A stretch of DNA of 64,000 bases from Planctomyces sp. (GTDB taxonomy: Bacteria > Planctomycetota > Planctomycetia > Planctomycetales > Planctomycetaceae): contig JAHBXW010000003.1 in assembly GCA_019636235.1 (NCBI GenBank), positions 1-64,000 of the forward strand, read 5' to 3'. The notes beneath the pieces were generated by a model, which was given only the letters and a program-made list of their open reading frames with translations, was not told the origin of the DNA and searched no databases. Made by a program: the position numbers and the translations under genes. Below, one piece after another: positions 1 to 10,398 of the stretch. The stretch's first letter is position 1, and the number at the start of each line of letters is the position of its first letter.

Positions 1-83
1 TCATTGCAAATTGCAAAACGGCAATTGCAAAGTGACCAGTGACCAATCGTTTGCGAAGTGGATCTCGCCGGCTCGACGCCGCC

Positions 84-1175
84 TTACCGCCCCGGGCTGC
101 ACAGGCACGGGGGCGGCCAGTGTGCGATGGGCATCGGAGCGGCACGCAGCGGCAGATCGAGCCAATCGATCTCCCGCGCCGCGGGGTCGGTCGTGTCGAT
201 GATCCACAGGTTTCGGAACACGACCGGATTCCCGTGGTCCTGGAACCGGATCGGCATCGCGTCGGCGCCTTCCGGCTGCCCCGCTCCCGTCTTGCCCGTG
301 ATCTCAACGTCGCGGTGGACAGGCACGCCGTTATGCCACAGGCTGATCCGCGCCGGCGCGATCCTTTCGCCGCCGGCGAACTCCGCGGCCGTGAAGTCGA
401 TGTCGTAGGTCTGCCACACCAGCGGCGGCAGGCACAGGTTTTCATCCGGCGCCCTCTGGCGATACAGCGCGGCACACTCGTTCTCGACCCCCTCCAGGCC
501 GAACGAGTCCAGCACCTGCACCTCATAGCGATTCTGCAGATAGAACCCGCTGTTCGCCCGCGCCTGCCCCCGGGCCTTCGGCTGGTACGGCAGCAGAAAC
601 TCGCCGTGCATCCGGAAGCTGCGGTAACGGTCGCTCGTTTCGGCGCCGACCGCCAGCCAGCCCTCGTCGGTCAGGCGGACATCGCGAAGCCGGTCCGGCT
701 GATCGCCGTCGAACAGCACCACGGCTCCCTCCGGAGGCGCGACGCCCAGCGTCGGGCTTTCCCGATACACCCGCTCGAGCCGCCCGATCGTTCGCCCGTC
801 CTTGGTCAGGACGTCAGCATGGCCGAAATGCACGCGGAGGTCGGTGATGTCGCCCAACAGGAAGACGCCGGCCCCCAGCCGCCGGCCGTCGTACAGGTAT
901 TGATCCCGGCGATGGCCGCCGTCTCCGGGCAGCCCGCCCAGATGCTTGACCGCCAGGAACTCCCCGTCGCCGCGGGAAATCACCTGCAGGCCGATCCGCT
1001 GCGTGCTGCGGTGCGTGCCCTGCGGCCGCTGCCAGCCCAGAAACTCTCCCTGGAAGTCGAAGTCCTCGCCGGCTTCCAGCGGGGAGGTGTAAGTCGGGCC
1101 GTGCGGGCCTTCGTCGGCCGCCAGCGCCGGAACGCAGAACAGAACAGCGGCCAGAACGCGAAACGGTGCGGTCAT
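84..1175 (-). CDS. Secreted DUF1080-like (LamG/3-keto-disaccharide hydrolase-like) protein, possibly two tandem domains
   Basis: N-terminal signal peptide MTAPFRVLAAVLFCVPALA. C-terminal motif FQDHGNPVVFRNLWI and LFDGDQPDRLRDV...W are typical of DUF1080. The real strand is chosen over the antisense 414-aa ORF by composition. Confidence 0.65.
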   Translation of the reverse strand: MTAPFRVLAAVLFCVPALAADEGPHGPTYTSPLEAGEDFDFQGEFLGWQRPQGTHRSTQRIGLQVISRGDGEFLAVKHLGGLPGDGGHRRDQYLYDGRRLGAGVFLLGDITDLRVHFGHADVLTKDGRTIGRLERVYRESPTLGVAPPEGAVVLFDGDQPDRLRDVRLTDEGWLAVGAETSDRYRSFRMHGEFLLPYQPKARGQARANSGFYLQNRYEVQVLDSFGLEGVENECAALYRQRAPDENLCLPPLVWQTYDIDFTAAEFAGGERIAPARISLWHNGVPVHRDVEITGKTGAGQPEGADAMPIRFQDHGNPVVFRNLWIIDTTDPAAREIDWLDLPLRAAPMPIAHWPPPCLCSPGR

Positions 1176-1343
1176 AAATCCGGAACAGTGCGAGTGCTTC
1201 GGGCGAGGGGGCGCGCGCAGCGCCGATCGCTCTCCAGACTCAGCCAGTCCGCCGCCGAATTCAACCCCGCAGCCGGGTTTTGACGGGATTTCACCGCCGC
1301 CGCCAAACGGGTCGCCCCGATCGCAGCGGTCGAACGTTCCCGC

Positions 1344-2501
1344 CTACCGCGCGGCCGGCTGGCAGCGGCCCGCTTCCATCAGCTCGCGAAATTCGCCGAA
1401 CAGGTAATTGCTGTCGTGCGGACCGGCCGCCGATTCCGGGTGATACTGCACGCTGAACGCCGGCAGCTTCTTGTGCCGCAGCCCTTCAACCGTGTTGTCG
1501 TTCAGGTTCACGTGGGTGACTTCGACATCCGCCGGCAGCGACTCCGGATCAACCGCGAACCCGTGGTTCTGCGAGGTGATCTCCACCCGTCCGGTGCGCT
1601 TGTTCAACACCGGCTGATTTGCACCGCGATGCCCGAACTTCAATTTGAACGTCCGGGCGCCGAGCGCCAAACCCAGCAGCTGATGCCCAAGGCAGATGCC
1701 GAACACCGGCTTCTTGCCGAGCACGCCACGAATCGCCTCGACCGCGTAAGTGAGCGGCTCGGGGTCTCCGGGGCCATTCGACAGGAACACGCCGTCCGGC
1801 TGATGCGCGAGAATCTCTTTCGCGGTGGCCGTGCCGGGGACGACCGTCACGCGGCAGCCGACGTCGGACAGATACCGGGGGATGTTCCACTTCATGCCAT
1901 AATCCACGGCGACGACGTGCGGCGCGGCGGTCGATTCGCCGTCCCACGCCTGCGGCGCGGTCGAATGCCGGACGAGATCGTCCAGGCCCCCCTGCCATTC
2001 GCGGGGAGCGTCCGGGATGACGTCCTTCACCAGGTCCTGGCCGACAAGCTGCGGGCTGCTGCGGGCCTTGCGGACGAGCGATTCGTCGTCGAGGTCGACG
2101 GTCGACAGGACGCCCGTCATGGCGCCCTGAACGCGGATGCGTTTGACGAGGGCGCGGGTGTCGATGCCTTCGAGGCCGATGACGCCGTTCGACCGGAGGT
2201 ACTCGTCGAGCGTCTGTTCCGACCGGAAGTTGCTGGGCTCGCGGCAGAGTTCCCGGACGATGAAGCCGCGAAGGGACAGGCCGCCGCTTTCGACGTCGTC
2301 GGAGTTGATTCCGTAGTTGCCGATGAGGGGGTAGGTCATCGTCACGATCTGGCCGTTGTAGGACGGATCGGTGAGGATTTCCTGGTAGCCCGTCATGCTC
2401 GTGTTGAACACGACTTCGCCGGAGACTTCGCCGTCGGCGCCGAAGGCCCGTCCGGTAAAGACCGAGCCGTCCGCCAGAGCCAGTTTTGCCGTTTTCGTCA
2501 T
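1344..2501 (-). CDS. carA: Carbamoyl-phosphate synthase small (glutamine amidotransferase) subunit
   Basis: Full-length match to the CarA pattern (MTKTAKLALADGSVFTG...; GATase catalytic region GICLGHQLL...HGFAVD). Confidence 0.9.
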   Translation of the reverse strand: MTKTAKLALADGSVFTGRAFGADGEVSGEVVFNTSMTGYQEILTDPSYNGQIVTMTYPLIGNYGINSDDVESGGLSLRGFIVRELCREPSNFRSEQTLDEYLRSNGVIGLEGIDTRALVKRIRVQGAMTGVLSTVDLDDESLVRKARSSPQLVGQDLVKDVIPDAPREWQGGLDDLVRHSTAPQAWDGESTAAPHVVAVDYGMKWNIPRYLSDVGCRVTVVPGTATAKEILAHQPDGVFLSNGPGDPEPLTYAVEAIRGVLGKKPVFGICLGHQLLGLALGARTFKLKFGHRGANQPVLNKRTGRVEITSQNHGFAVDPESLPADVEVTHVNLNDNTVEGLRHKKLPAFSVQYHPESAAGPHDSNYLFGEFRELMEAGRCQPAAR

Positions 2502-2697
2502 TTCTGGATGCTGTTCCGCGGTCCGCGCGCAGCGTCGCCCCGGAGGACCTCACCGGCAGCGTCCGCGACGGACCGGGGCAATCATAGAGAGCGGCGCGTC
2601 AAACTCCATTGTCCGGTCGGGGAAATTGACGACGTGCGATTCGTGTCGTATAACGCGTGCACGCTCGCAATGCGGCGCGCTCCCGCGCGGGCGACCC

Positions 2698-2771
2698 GTT
2701 CCCGTAGCTCAATTGGATAGAGTGTCGGCCTCCGGAGCCGAAGGTTGGAGGTTCGAATCCTCCCGGGAATA
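2698..2771 (+). tRNA. tRNA-Arg (anticodon CCG)
   Basis: Hand-folded cloverleaf: acceptor GTTCCCG/CGGGAAT, D-arm GCTC..GAGT, anticodon stem TCGGC/GCCGA with loop CTCCGGA (U33, CCG), T-arm GGAGG-TTCGAAT-CCTCC, discriminator A. CCA is not encoded. Confidence 0.8.
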
Positions 2772-2890
2772 CTTCTCAGAAATGCTGCTGCACGGGGGAC
2801 TTACGGTCGCCCGTCTTGCTATTGCCGGGTCTCTCTGGCGGATGTTTCTCTCGCCGTCCGCGTTCGCCCGTTGCTCCCGCGCCACGGCAT

Positions 2891-3073
2891 TCAGCGCCGC
2901 GGCGGGTCGTTCAGACGCTGCTTCTCCGTCCGCTCGATCTGCACGACCCGGCCGTCCTGCACTTTGATCGTCAATTGGCCGAACCGCAGCCCGGAGAGCG
3001 CGGCCAGAATGGCGGCGACTGTTCCGGCCGGCTGGCTCGTTTGTCGCTCCGCTGTATCGGATTCGGACATCGG
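2891..3073 (-). CDS. YezD-like small protein (DUF2292), usually found beside sulfate transporter genes
   Basis: Motif AILAALSGLRFGQLTIKVQDGRVVQIERTEKQRL. The ORF-track start is a TTG at 3154. Internal ATGs at 3109, 3079 and 3073 follow a GAAGG RBS-like sequence, so the exact start is uncertain. Confidence 0.5.
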   Translation of the reverse strand, partial: PMSESDTAERQTSQPAGTVAAILAALSGLRFGQLTIKVQDGRVVQIERTEKQRLNDPPRR

Positions 3074-3150
3074 CATCGCCTTCAAATGCTTCAGTTGCGG
3101 ATCGCTCATCGCGGCGGACCTCACGGCCCGGCGGCGCGCGGCCCGCGTGA

Positions 3151-4212
3151 TCAAATCACGTAATCGTCCTGCATGAACACGCGGACCCGGCGGGGCGTCG
3201 CGAACAGTTGCTCGCCGGGCTGGACTCGCAGTTCCGAATAGTCGTCCGGTCGGAGGTCGACATTGAGCTGCACGCCGAACGGTTCGGAGATGACGCGGAC
3301 GCGGGTCACGGCGCCGGCCGGATTCACGTGGAGGACGCGAACCGGCAGGCTCGTGCCCTGGCTGGGGGCGCGTTCCAGCGCCAGTTCGTGCGGGCGGACA
3401 TAGGCCGTCGCGTTTCGCGATTCCGTGTGCGTGTATTCCGGATAGTCGAGGGCGATGCCGCCCAGATGCATCTGCCCGGCTTCCAGTCGCCCGTGAAACA
3501 CATTCACCTGGCCCAGGAAGTCCATCACGAAGGGGGTCGCCGGGTTGTCGAACACGTCCTGCGGCGATCCCGACTGCTCAATCCTGCCGCCGCGCATCAC
3601 GACGACATGATCGGCGACCTCGAAGGCCTCCTCCTGGTCATGAGTGACGAACACCGTGGTGACGTGCATTTCGTCGTGCAGATGCCGCAGCCATTGCCGC
3701 AGCTCCTGGCGGACCTTGGCATCCAGCGCGCCGAACGGCTCGTCGAGCAACAGCAACCGGGGCCTCACCGCCAGCGCCCTTGCCAGGGCCACGCGCTGCC
3801 GCTGACCGCCCGACAACTGCGACGGATACCGCCGTTCCAGCCCTTCCAGCCGCACCAGGTGCAGCAGCTCGCGGACGCGCTTCTCGACCTCCGCCGAGGG
3901 CGTCTTGCGAATCCGCATGCCGAACGCGATGTTCTCGAACACCGTCATGTGCCGGAACAGCGCGTAATGCTGGAACACGAACCCCACCTCGCGCTCGCGC
4001 GGGGCCACGTTGGTGACGTCCAGGTCCGCGACGTGCACCGCGCCGGCGTCGGGCGTTTCCAGCCCGGCAATGATCCGCAGCAGCGTCGTCTTCCCCGATC
4101 CGGATGGACCGAGGAGCGCCAGCAACTGGCCGCTGGGCACGAACAACGAAACGTCGTCGAGCGCCGTGAAGGCGCCAAAACGCCGCGTGACATGGGCAAT
4201 GCGGATGCTCAT
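3151..4212 (-). CDS. cysA: Sulfate/thiosulfate ABC transporter ATP-binding protein
   Basis: Walker [10 protein letters not shown], signature [15 protein letters not shown], Walker [13 protein letters not shown], and a C-terminal TOBE-like domain. I trimmed the start to MSIRIAHV at 4212, one base from the cysW stop (ORF-track cysW ends 4214). Confidence 0.9.
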   Translation of the reverse strand: MSIRIAHVTRRFGAFTALDDVSLFVPSGQLLALLGPSGSGKTTLLRIIAGLETPDAGAVHVADLDVTNVAPREREVGFVFQHYALFRHMTVFENIAFGMRIRKTPSAEVEKRVRELLHLVRLEGLERRYPSQLSGGQRQRVALARALAVRPRLLLLDEPFGALDAKVRQELRQWLRHLHDEMHVTTVFVTHDQEEAFEVADHVVVMRGGRIEQSGSPQDVFDNPATPFVMDFLGQVNVFHGRLEAGQMHLGGIALDYPEYTHTESRNATAYVRPHELALERAPSQGTSLPVRVLHVNPAGAVTRVRVISEPFGVQLNVDLRPDDYSELRVQPGEQLFATPRRVRVFMQDDYVI

Positions 4213-4213
4213 T

Positions 4214-5185
4214 TCAGATTCCTGCGGCCGTAATGGCCGCTGCGGATGTGGATGCGGGTTCCGATGACGCGGCGGGCGCTTCGATGTCGTCCGGCGGCAG
4301 GCCGGCATCGTCCGCGGGAGCCTCCTCCAGGTCGCGCGCCGTCCGCGCCTCGAGGAACGACTTGACGATCAGCGTGACCAGGGCCAGGAACGTCAGCACA
4401 GACGCCACCGCGAACGATCCGGCCGTATCGAATTCCTGCAGCAGCTTCTCGACGCGCAGCGGCAGCGTATCGGTCTGGCCCGAGATGTGTCCCGAGACGA
4501 CGTACACCGCGCCATACTCCCCCATCGCGCGGGCGTTGCAGAGTATTACGCCGTACAGCAGGCCCCACTTGATGTTCGGCAGCGTGATCCGCCGGAACAT
4601 CTGCCAGCCGTTCGCCCCCAGCGTGATGGCCGCCAACTCCTCCTCCGGGCCGATCGCCTGCATCACCGGAATCAGCTCGCGGGCGACAAACGGCAACGTC
4701 ACGAACGTCGTCGCCAGGATCAGGCCCGGCGTCGAGAAGATAATTGTCACGCCCCAGCTCTGGAGCTGCGGGCCGAACACGCCCGTCGCCCCGAACAGCA
4801 GCACGAACATCAGCCCGGCCACGACCGGCGACACCGCGAATGGCAGGTCCAGGAACGTCGTCAGCAGCGTCCGCCCGCGGAACTCGAAACGCGTCAGCGC
4901 CCAGGCCGCGGCGATGCCGAACACCACGTTCAACAGCACCGACGTCGGTGCGACGACCAACGTCAGCCACATCGCGTGCCGCGTATCGGGATCGCGCAGC
5001 AGCGTATTCCAGTAGTGGTCCCAGCCCTTGGAAAATGCGTATCCGAACACGCTGGCAACCGGAATCACGACCAGCACGATCAGCACGGACAGAGCCAGCG
5101 AGATCAGCAATCGGCGACCCCAGGCGGGCTCGGTGGGCCGGCCGGAGCCGACGCCCGGACGGCGGCGGGCAGCATCAGGCTTCAT
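4214..5185 (-). CDS. cysW: Sulfate ABC transporter permease CysW
   Basis: ABC permease signature region (EAA-like ...[17 protein letters not shown]), multiple TM helices, and an order that aligns with E. coli CysW. Confidence 0.85.
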   Translation of the reverse strand: MKPDAARRRPGVGSGRPTEPAWGRRLLISLALSVLIVLVVIPVASVFGYAFSKGWDHYWNTLLRDPDTRHAMWLTLVVAPTSVLLNVVFGIAAAWALTRFEFRGRTLLTTFLDLPFAVSPVVAGLMFVLLFGATGVFGPQLQSWGVTIIFSTPGLILATTFVTLPFVARELIPVMQAIGPEEELAAITLGANGWQMFRRITLPNIKWGLLYGVILCNARAMGEYGAVYVVSGHISGQTDTLPLRVEKLLQEFDTAGSFAVASVLTFLALVTLIVKSFLEARTARDLEEAPADDAGLPPDDIEAPAASSEPASTSAAAITAAGI

Positions 5186-5999
5186 GCCGGCGGCTCCTCC
5201 GTTCGAGGGTGTTGATCACGGCCAGCATTCCGAATGAGCAGATCAACAGCACGAGGGCGATGGCCGTCGCCTCCGCGTAGGCGAACGCCTCCAGCTTGGC
5301 GACGATCAGCACCGGGGCGATCTCGGTGTAGTACGGCATGTTGCCGGACACGAAGACCACAGAGCCGAACTCGCCCAGCCCCCGGGCGAACGTCAGCGCG
5401 AAGCCGGTCAACAACGCCGGCTGCAGCGCCGGGAACAGGACGCGGGACAGGACCTGCCAGCGGTTGGCGCCCAGCGACGCCGCCGCCTCCTCCACATCCG
5501 CGTCCAGACTCTCCAGCACCGGCTGCACCGCGCGGACGACGAACGGCAGGCCGATGAACGTCAGCACCAGCACGATCGCCGTGCGGCTGTGCGCGCCGTG
5601 AAATCCCAGCGGAACCAGGTATCGGCCCAGCCAGCCGGATTCGACATACAGGGCGGAATACACCAGTCCGGCCACCGCCGTCGGCAGCGCGAACGGCAGA
5701 TCGACCAGCGCGTCGAACACCCGCTTGAGCGGAAACTCGTATCGCACCAGCACCCACGCGATCAGCAGTCCCAGCACCGTGTCGATCGCCGCCGCGGCCA
5801 GCGAAGCGCCGAAAGTCAATCCGTATGCGGCACGCGCCTGCGGCGTCCACACGGCCTGGAGGAACTTCTCCGGTCCGAGGCTGGTCGCCCGATAGACGAG
5901 CACCACCAGCGGGATGAACAACAGCACCAGCAGGATCAGCATGGTGTAGCTGAGGCTGAGGCCAAAGCCGGGGAGCACCCGGCGTTTCCTCGGAGTCAT
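5175..5999 (-). CDS. cysT: Sulfate ABC transporter permease CysT (CysU)
   Basis: RRVLPGFGLSLSYT N-terminus and ASLGANRWQVLSRVLFPALQPAL permease signature. Overlaps cysW by 11 nt. Confidence 0.85.
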   Translation of the reverse strand: MTPRKRRVLPGFGLSLSYTMLILLVLLFIPLVVLVYRATSLGPEKFLQAVWTPQARAAYGLTFGASLAAAAIDTVLGLLIAWVLVRYEFPLKRVFDALVDLPFALPTAVAGLVYSALYVESGWLGRYLVPLGFHGAHSRTAIVLVLTFIGLPFVVRAVQPVLESLDADVEEAAASLGANRWQVLSRVLFPALQPALLTGFALTFARGLGEFGSVVFVSGNMPYYTEIAPVLIVAKLEAFAYAEATAIALVLLICSFGMLAVINTLERRSRRHEA

Positions 6000-6096
6000 G
6001 GAACCTCCCGATGTCGGGTCGGAACGCTGGCCGAAGCCCGGAGGCTCGGCGGAGTGCGGAATGTCATTTCAGCGCCGGACGTCCGGGCCGGGAGCC

Positions 6097-7140
6097 TCAC
6101 CGGGCCGCCGTCCGCGCCTCCGGCTGGTAGAGCTGGTCGAAGATGCCGCCGTCGGCGAAGAACTTTTGCTGGGCGTCGTTCCAGTCGGCGGCGACTTCGG
6201 TTACCGGGAACAGCCGGAGTTCCGGGAACTGTTCGCGATGGGCGGCGGCCACTTCGGGGTCGATCGGACGGAAGAAGTGCTTCGCAATGATCTCCTGGCC
6301 TTCGCGGGTGTACAGGAACTGCAGGTACTTCTCGGCGTGTGCCCGGGTCCCTTTCCGTTCGACGACGGAGTCGACGACGGCCACCGGGGGCTCATGCAGG
6401 AAGCTCAGCGAGGGATAGACGATTTCAAACTGCCCCGGCGTTTCCTGGAGGGTCAGGTACGCTTCGCTTTCCATCGTGCTCAGGACGTCCCCGATCCCTT
6501 TGATGGCGAACGTCGCCGTCGAGCCGCGGGCGCCGGTGTCCAGCACGGCGACATTCTTGTACACGCGGCGGACGAACTCCTGGGCCTCCGTCTCGGACCC
6601 GCCGTTGAGCACGACGCTGCCCCACGCGGCCAGGAACGTCATGCGGCCATTGCCGGATGTTTTGGGGCTGGGCGTGACGACCACGGTCCCTTCCTTGGCG
6701 AGGTCGGCCCAGTCCTGAATTCCCTTGGGGTTCCCCTTGCGGACCAGAAACACGACGGTCGACGTATAGGGCAGCGAGCGGTTCGGAAGCCGTTCCTCCC
6801 ACCCTTCCTGGACGAGGCCGTTCTTCCGCAAAGCATCAGTGTCCGGCCACAGCGACAGCGTCGCGACGTCCGCGGCCAGCCCGTCGACGATCGCGCGGGC
6901 CTGGCTGCCGGAAGCGGCATGCGACTGCGTGATCTTCAACGGCACGCCGGTTTCCTCCCGGTAACGCTGAGTGAAGACGGCGTTGATGTCCTTCCACAAC
7001 TCGCGGGTCGGATCGTACGACACGTTCAGCAGCTCGATCGTGCCCTCCTCCAGCGAACCGTTCGCGGTGCAACCGGAGAGCAGCACGCCGCTCGACAACA
7101 GGCCCAGCAGAAACGCAATCAACGCACGGGAGCGGAACAT
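6097..7140 (-). CDS. sbp: Sulfate ABC transporter periplasmic substrate-binding protein
   Basis: Signal or lipoprotein N-terminus (LLSGC) and full-length Sbp/CysP-like sequence (LLNVSYDPTRELW..., SPKTSGNGRMTFLAAWG). Confidence 0.85.
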   Translation of the reverse strand: MFRSRALIAFLLGLLSSGVLLSGCTANGSLEEGTIELLNVSYDPTRELWKDINAVFTQRYREETGVPLKITQSHAASGSQARAIVDGLAADVATLSLWPDTDALRKNGLVQEGWEERLPNRSLPYTSTVVFLVRKGNPKGIQDWADLAKEGTVVVTPSPKTSGNGRMTFLAAWGSVVLNGGSETEAQEFVRRVYKNVAVLDTGARGSTATFAIKGIGDVLSTMESEAYLTLQETPGQFEIVYPSLSFLHEPPVAVVDSVVERKGTRAHAEKYLQFLYTREGQEIIAKHFFRPIDPEVAAAHREQFPELRLFPVTEVAADWNDAQQKFFADGGIFDQLYQPEARTAAR

Positions 7141-7322
7141 GACTTCAGCCTTGGGTCAGATCGGTGGTCCGGCAGTCAGCAAACGGCGGGGCGCGCGGGG
7201 AGCGCCGCGCCGTCTGGCGACGGCGAACACGGGGCGGCAGGCTCAAAAAGTCCCCGCTCCCCCGGGAAATTGCCCGGAGGAGCAGGAACCAAAGGTCGTC
7301 CGGATCCAGCAGGAGCCGGGAC

Positions 7323-8405
7323 TTAGAACTCTCCAACCACTTCGGCGTTGCTGGGCGTGTTCAGCGCGATGAACGTATCGAAGCTGATGTTCTCGCTGAT
7401 GAACCGCACGGCGCCATCCCCCATCGTGTAATGCACGCCGCCCGTGTGGAACGAATACGGGACGCTCGTGCCATGCACTCCGAACGTATACGGCGCGGGA
7501 GTGGTGAACCCGCCGGGGCCGTACGTTTCCGCGCCGATGTCAAACCCGTTCGTGGCGTTCATCGGAACCGCGCCCAGCAGGCTCGAACCATCGAGACTCT
7601 GGCCGTAGATCATGATGTCGCTCGCGGGACGGGCCCAGCCGCCGGCGTTCAGTCGGTTCTGCGGCAGCGACCCGAACTGCTTGCCCTTGCGGAAAATCGC
7701 CGGACGGCCGTTCGACTCCGCGATGGCGATCGTGTTGGACAGACCGTCCGTCACGTCCCGGAACTTCCGTCCCGGTTTGTCGTAGCGGTTCGAGGTCGTG
7801 TTCCAGGTCGCGTTCTTCGGGAAGAAGCCGACATGGTACTGGAACGTCGGATCGCCGGGGTCGGTGTACAGCGGCAGCGTGTGAGACGTGAATGACCCGA
7901 CCAGCGGCGAGATGCCGAACACCGGCGAATAGCTGCTCACGGCCGAAGTGTTCGGAGCCCAGTTTTCCGGAACGCCGTCCAGCGTGCCGGCGAACGGATC
8001 CGAGGGGCAGTTGAAGGTCTGCACCGGGGTCTGCGTGATCGGCAGGTTCGTGGCGTGGCTCCAATTCAACGACTGGTCGTACTTGTTGTACATCGGCGCC
8101 TGATCCAGGAAAGGCAGCAACTGGGTCAGCACGGAGACGCGGGTGATGCCCAGTCCAGTGACCGGCGGACGCTGGCTCGTCGGCAGAAAGCCGTACGTGC
8201 CTTCAAAGTTGTGGAAGGCCAGGCCCAGCTGCTTCATGTTGTTCTTGCACTGCGTACGGCGGGCGGCCTCGCGGGCCTGCTGCACGGCCGGCAGCAGCAG
8301 CGCGACGAGCACGGCGATGATGGCGATGACCACCAGCAGTTCGATGAGGGTGAATCCCCCCCGCGCGGCGGGCCGGGCCGAGGGGGTGAAGCGGCGACGT
8401 TGCAT
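7323..8405 (-). CDS. DUF1559 (H-X9-DG) prepilin-like protein, type II secretion pseudopilin-like
   Basis: Class III signal with N-methylation motif GFTLIELLVVIAIIAVLVALLLPAVQQAREAARRTQCKNNMKQLGLA, plus the C-terminal HTGGVHYTMGDGAVRFISENI motif. Start trimmed to MQRRRF at 8405. Confidence 0.8.
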   Translation of the reverse strand: MQRRRFTPSARPAARGGFTLIELLVVIAIIAVLVALLLPAVQQAREAARRTQCKNNMKQLGLAFHNFEGTYGFLPTSQRPPVTGLGITRVSVLTQLLPFLDQAPMYNKYDQSLNWSHATNLPITQTPVQTFNCPSDPFAGTLDGVPENWAPNTSAVSSYSPVFGISPLVGSFTSHTLPLYTDPGDPTFQYHVGFFPKNATWNTTSNRYDKPGRKFRDVTDGLSNTIAIAESNGRPAIFRKGKQFGSLPQNRLNAGGWARPASDIMIYGQSLDGSSLLGAVPMNATNGFDIGAETYGPGGFTTPAPYTFGVHGTSVPYSFHTGGVHYTMGDGAVRFISENISFDTFIALNTPSNAEVVGEF

Positions 8406-8629
8406 AAGACTTCTCCGGGAAAACTCTGGGTGGACTGATCCGTCAACCGGACGACGGGTCCGGGACGAGGATTTCGAACGGCGTTCGCCGCCCGGCCAAA
8501 TGCGGCGGGCAGCAGAGAATGACGAGGCGACTCTCATCAACTAGCGACAACAGCGCATGATCCGCTCCTTTCCCGGACGAACCTGCCGTGCCGAGCGATC
8601 CGACGACCGCACGCAGGTCGGACGAGGGG

Positions 8630-9085
8630 TCATTTGAGTTCGAGCTTCGGCAGGACGTTGGCGCCCTCCTCGATGACGACCTTCAGGTCGGTCGTCTCGG
8701 CGCGGGCGTACTTCTTCGGGAGATCGTTCGGGCGAACCGAAGGGTTCTCCTTGGACTTCGACGCCGGGAACCGCATCACGACCGCCTTGTATTCCCCCAG
8801 CGGGGCGCCGTCGGCCGAGCCGTATGTCTCCAGTTCGAACACGCCGTCCGGCCCCGACGTCGCCTTCGGGCGAATCGACGCGGGAATCCCCTCATTGACG
8901 GGGATCAGCGTGATGATGGCATTGGGCAGCGGCTCGCCTTTGAACGTCACCTCGCCCCGCGCGGGCCAGGTCGTCTCCCAGGGCGCCGGCGCCGCCCCGC
9001 CGCAGCCGGCAAGCAGACCGATGGCCGTCAACGGCAGTCCGGCCACGATGAGCATCGCTTGCAGTTTCCGCAGACATGTGGACAT
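8630..9085 (-). CDS. Lipoprotein with a carboxypeptidase-regulatory/transthyretin-like fold; often paired with DUF1559 genes
   Basis: Lipobox LLAGCGG after a signal peptide. 151 aa. It lies immediately upstream of, and co-directional with, the DUF1559 gene. Confidence 0.55.
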   Translation of the reverse strand: MSTCLRKLQAMLIVAGLPLTAIGLLAGCGGAAPAPWETTWPARGEVTFKGEPLPNAIITLIPVNEGIPASIRPKATSGPDGVFELETYGSADGAPLGEYKAVVMRFPASKSKENPSVRPNDLPKKYARAETTDLKVVIEEGANVLPKLELK

Positions 9086-9786
9086 GCGACTTCACTCCTC
9101 AAACGCCGCCGGGGCCTGCGACAGGCGGACCCTCAGCGGCAGCAAATGGATGGCGCCGCCGGCCACGATCAGGCCGGACCGACGATGAAAGACATTCCGC
9201 GGAAGTCGATTGAGCGCTCGACTTCCGCACTCACTCCGGCCCGAGGCGAACCAGGACGATCAGTGGTGCGGTCCGGGACAGGACCGGCCGCAGCAGCCCC
9301 CTCGGGGATGCGAGCGTGGGCCGGCGGCAAGCGAAGACGATGGCCGATCGTGACGCGCGGGGGGCTTCGTCGACGGGATGCGTTGGAGCGAACTCATAGA
9401 CCACTGTTTCAGTAATAATTCTTGAAGCCGACATCGAACGGCGTGACAATGCCGAACACCGGGCGCTCGGCGTGGTCCGTCTATTCAATCCATTTAAGGC
9501 GGATCAACCGGTGACGTGAGAATGGATCGGCACGGTCGGTTGGCCGCCTTGATATTTAACACCGACTTGGTGGGCGATTATTTACTGGCTTTGTTCCGTT
9601 CGTCAAGAGTTTTCTCCCAATTTTTCCCAACCCGCCAGAAATCGGCTCCAGTTCCGCCTTGGGACTCAGCGGCCCCCAGGCTCGCCCGCCCGAACTGCTC
9701 AGGCGCTGTCGCAACGACTCCACGCCGCCCCGCTGAGAATGGCCGCAGGGCTCACGATCCGCGCGCGAGCGCAGCCAGCGCCAGCG

Positions 9787-10248
9787 TCAGATGCCCGCGC
9801 CCGACTCGTACGCCGTGAAGACTTCCCGCGCCTCCACGGGAGGGCCCGCCGCGATCGAGGCCAGCGTCGCCTCTTCCATCCGCCGAGCCGTGTAGTTCCG
9901 GATGTCGAGCAGCACCCGCCGGAACCGGCAGCGCCACTCCTGACTGCAGGGCTCGTAATGCGTCGCCGACACGCACGCAATCGGCGCCAGCATGTCTTCG
10001 AACAGCCGGACGACGCTGCCCATCGTCACGAGCTCCGGCGCCATCGCCAGCTCAAAGCCCCCCACCCGGCCGGGAACGCTCCGCACGAAACCACTGGCCT
10101 TCAGCTCCAGCATGATCTGTTCGAGGAACCGCCGCGGCACGTCGTTGACTTCCGCGAGTTCCCGCACCGAGATCGGGCCGTCGCCACGGCGTTCCGTGAG
10201 CGTCACGAGCGCTCGTAATGCGTAGTCCGACTTGCGGGAAAGCTTCAT
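9787..10248 (-). CDS. Rrf2-family transcriptional regulator (IscR/CymR/NsrR-like)
   Basis: MKLSRKSDYALRALVTL... HTH. Cys residues in the C-terminal half (C..C..C) suggest possible cluster ligation. Confidence 0.8.
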   Translation of the reverse strand: MKLSRKSDYALRALVTLTERRGDGPISVRELAEVNDVPRRFLEQIMLELKASGFVRSVPGRVGGFELAMAPELVTMGSVVRLFEDMLAPIACVSATHYEPCSQEWRCRFRRVLLDIRNYTARRMEEATLASIAAGPPVEAREVFTAYESGAGI

Positions 10249-10398
10249 CCGGGATCGCGGGAGGGTCCTGATGCGCGTGACGAGAACCTGTCACAGGGAT
10301 CGTTCTCTCCCGCCCATTCCGCGTCAAGGCAGGGAATGCGGGCGCCGCCGACGACATTCACGTCCGCGCCGCCGGAGAACATCGCGGGCCGTCGCCGC

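Noticed and set aside
39-1283. 414-aa plus-strand ORF overlapping the DUF1080 gene
   Set aside because: It is antisense to a gene with a clear signal peptide and family motifs. The Arg/Gly/Ala/Pro-rich composition is typical of spurious high-GC ORFs.
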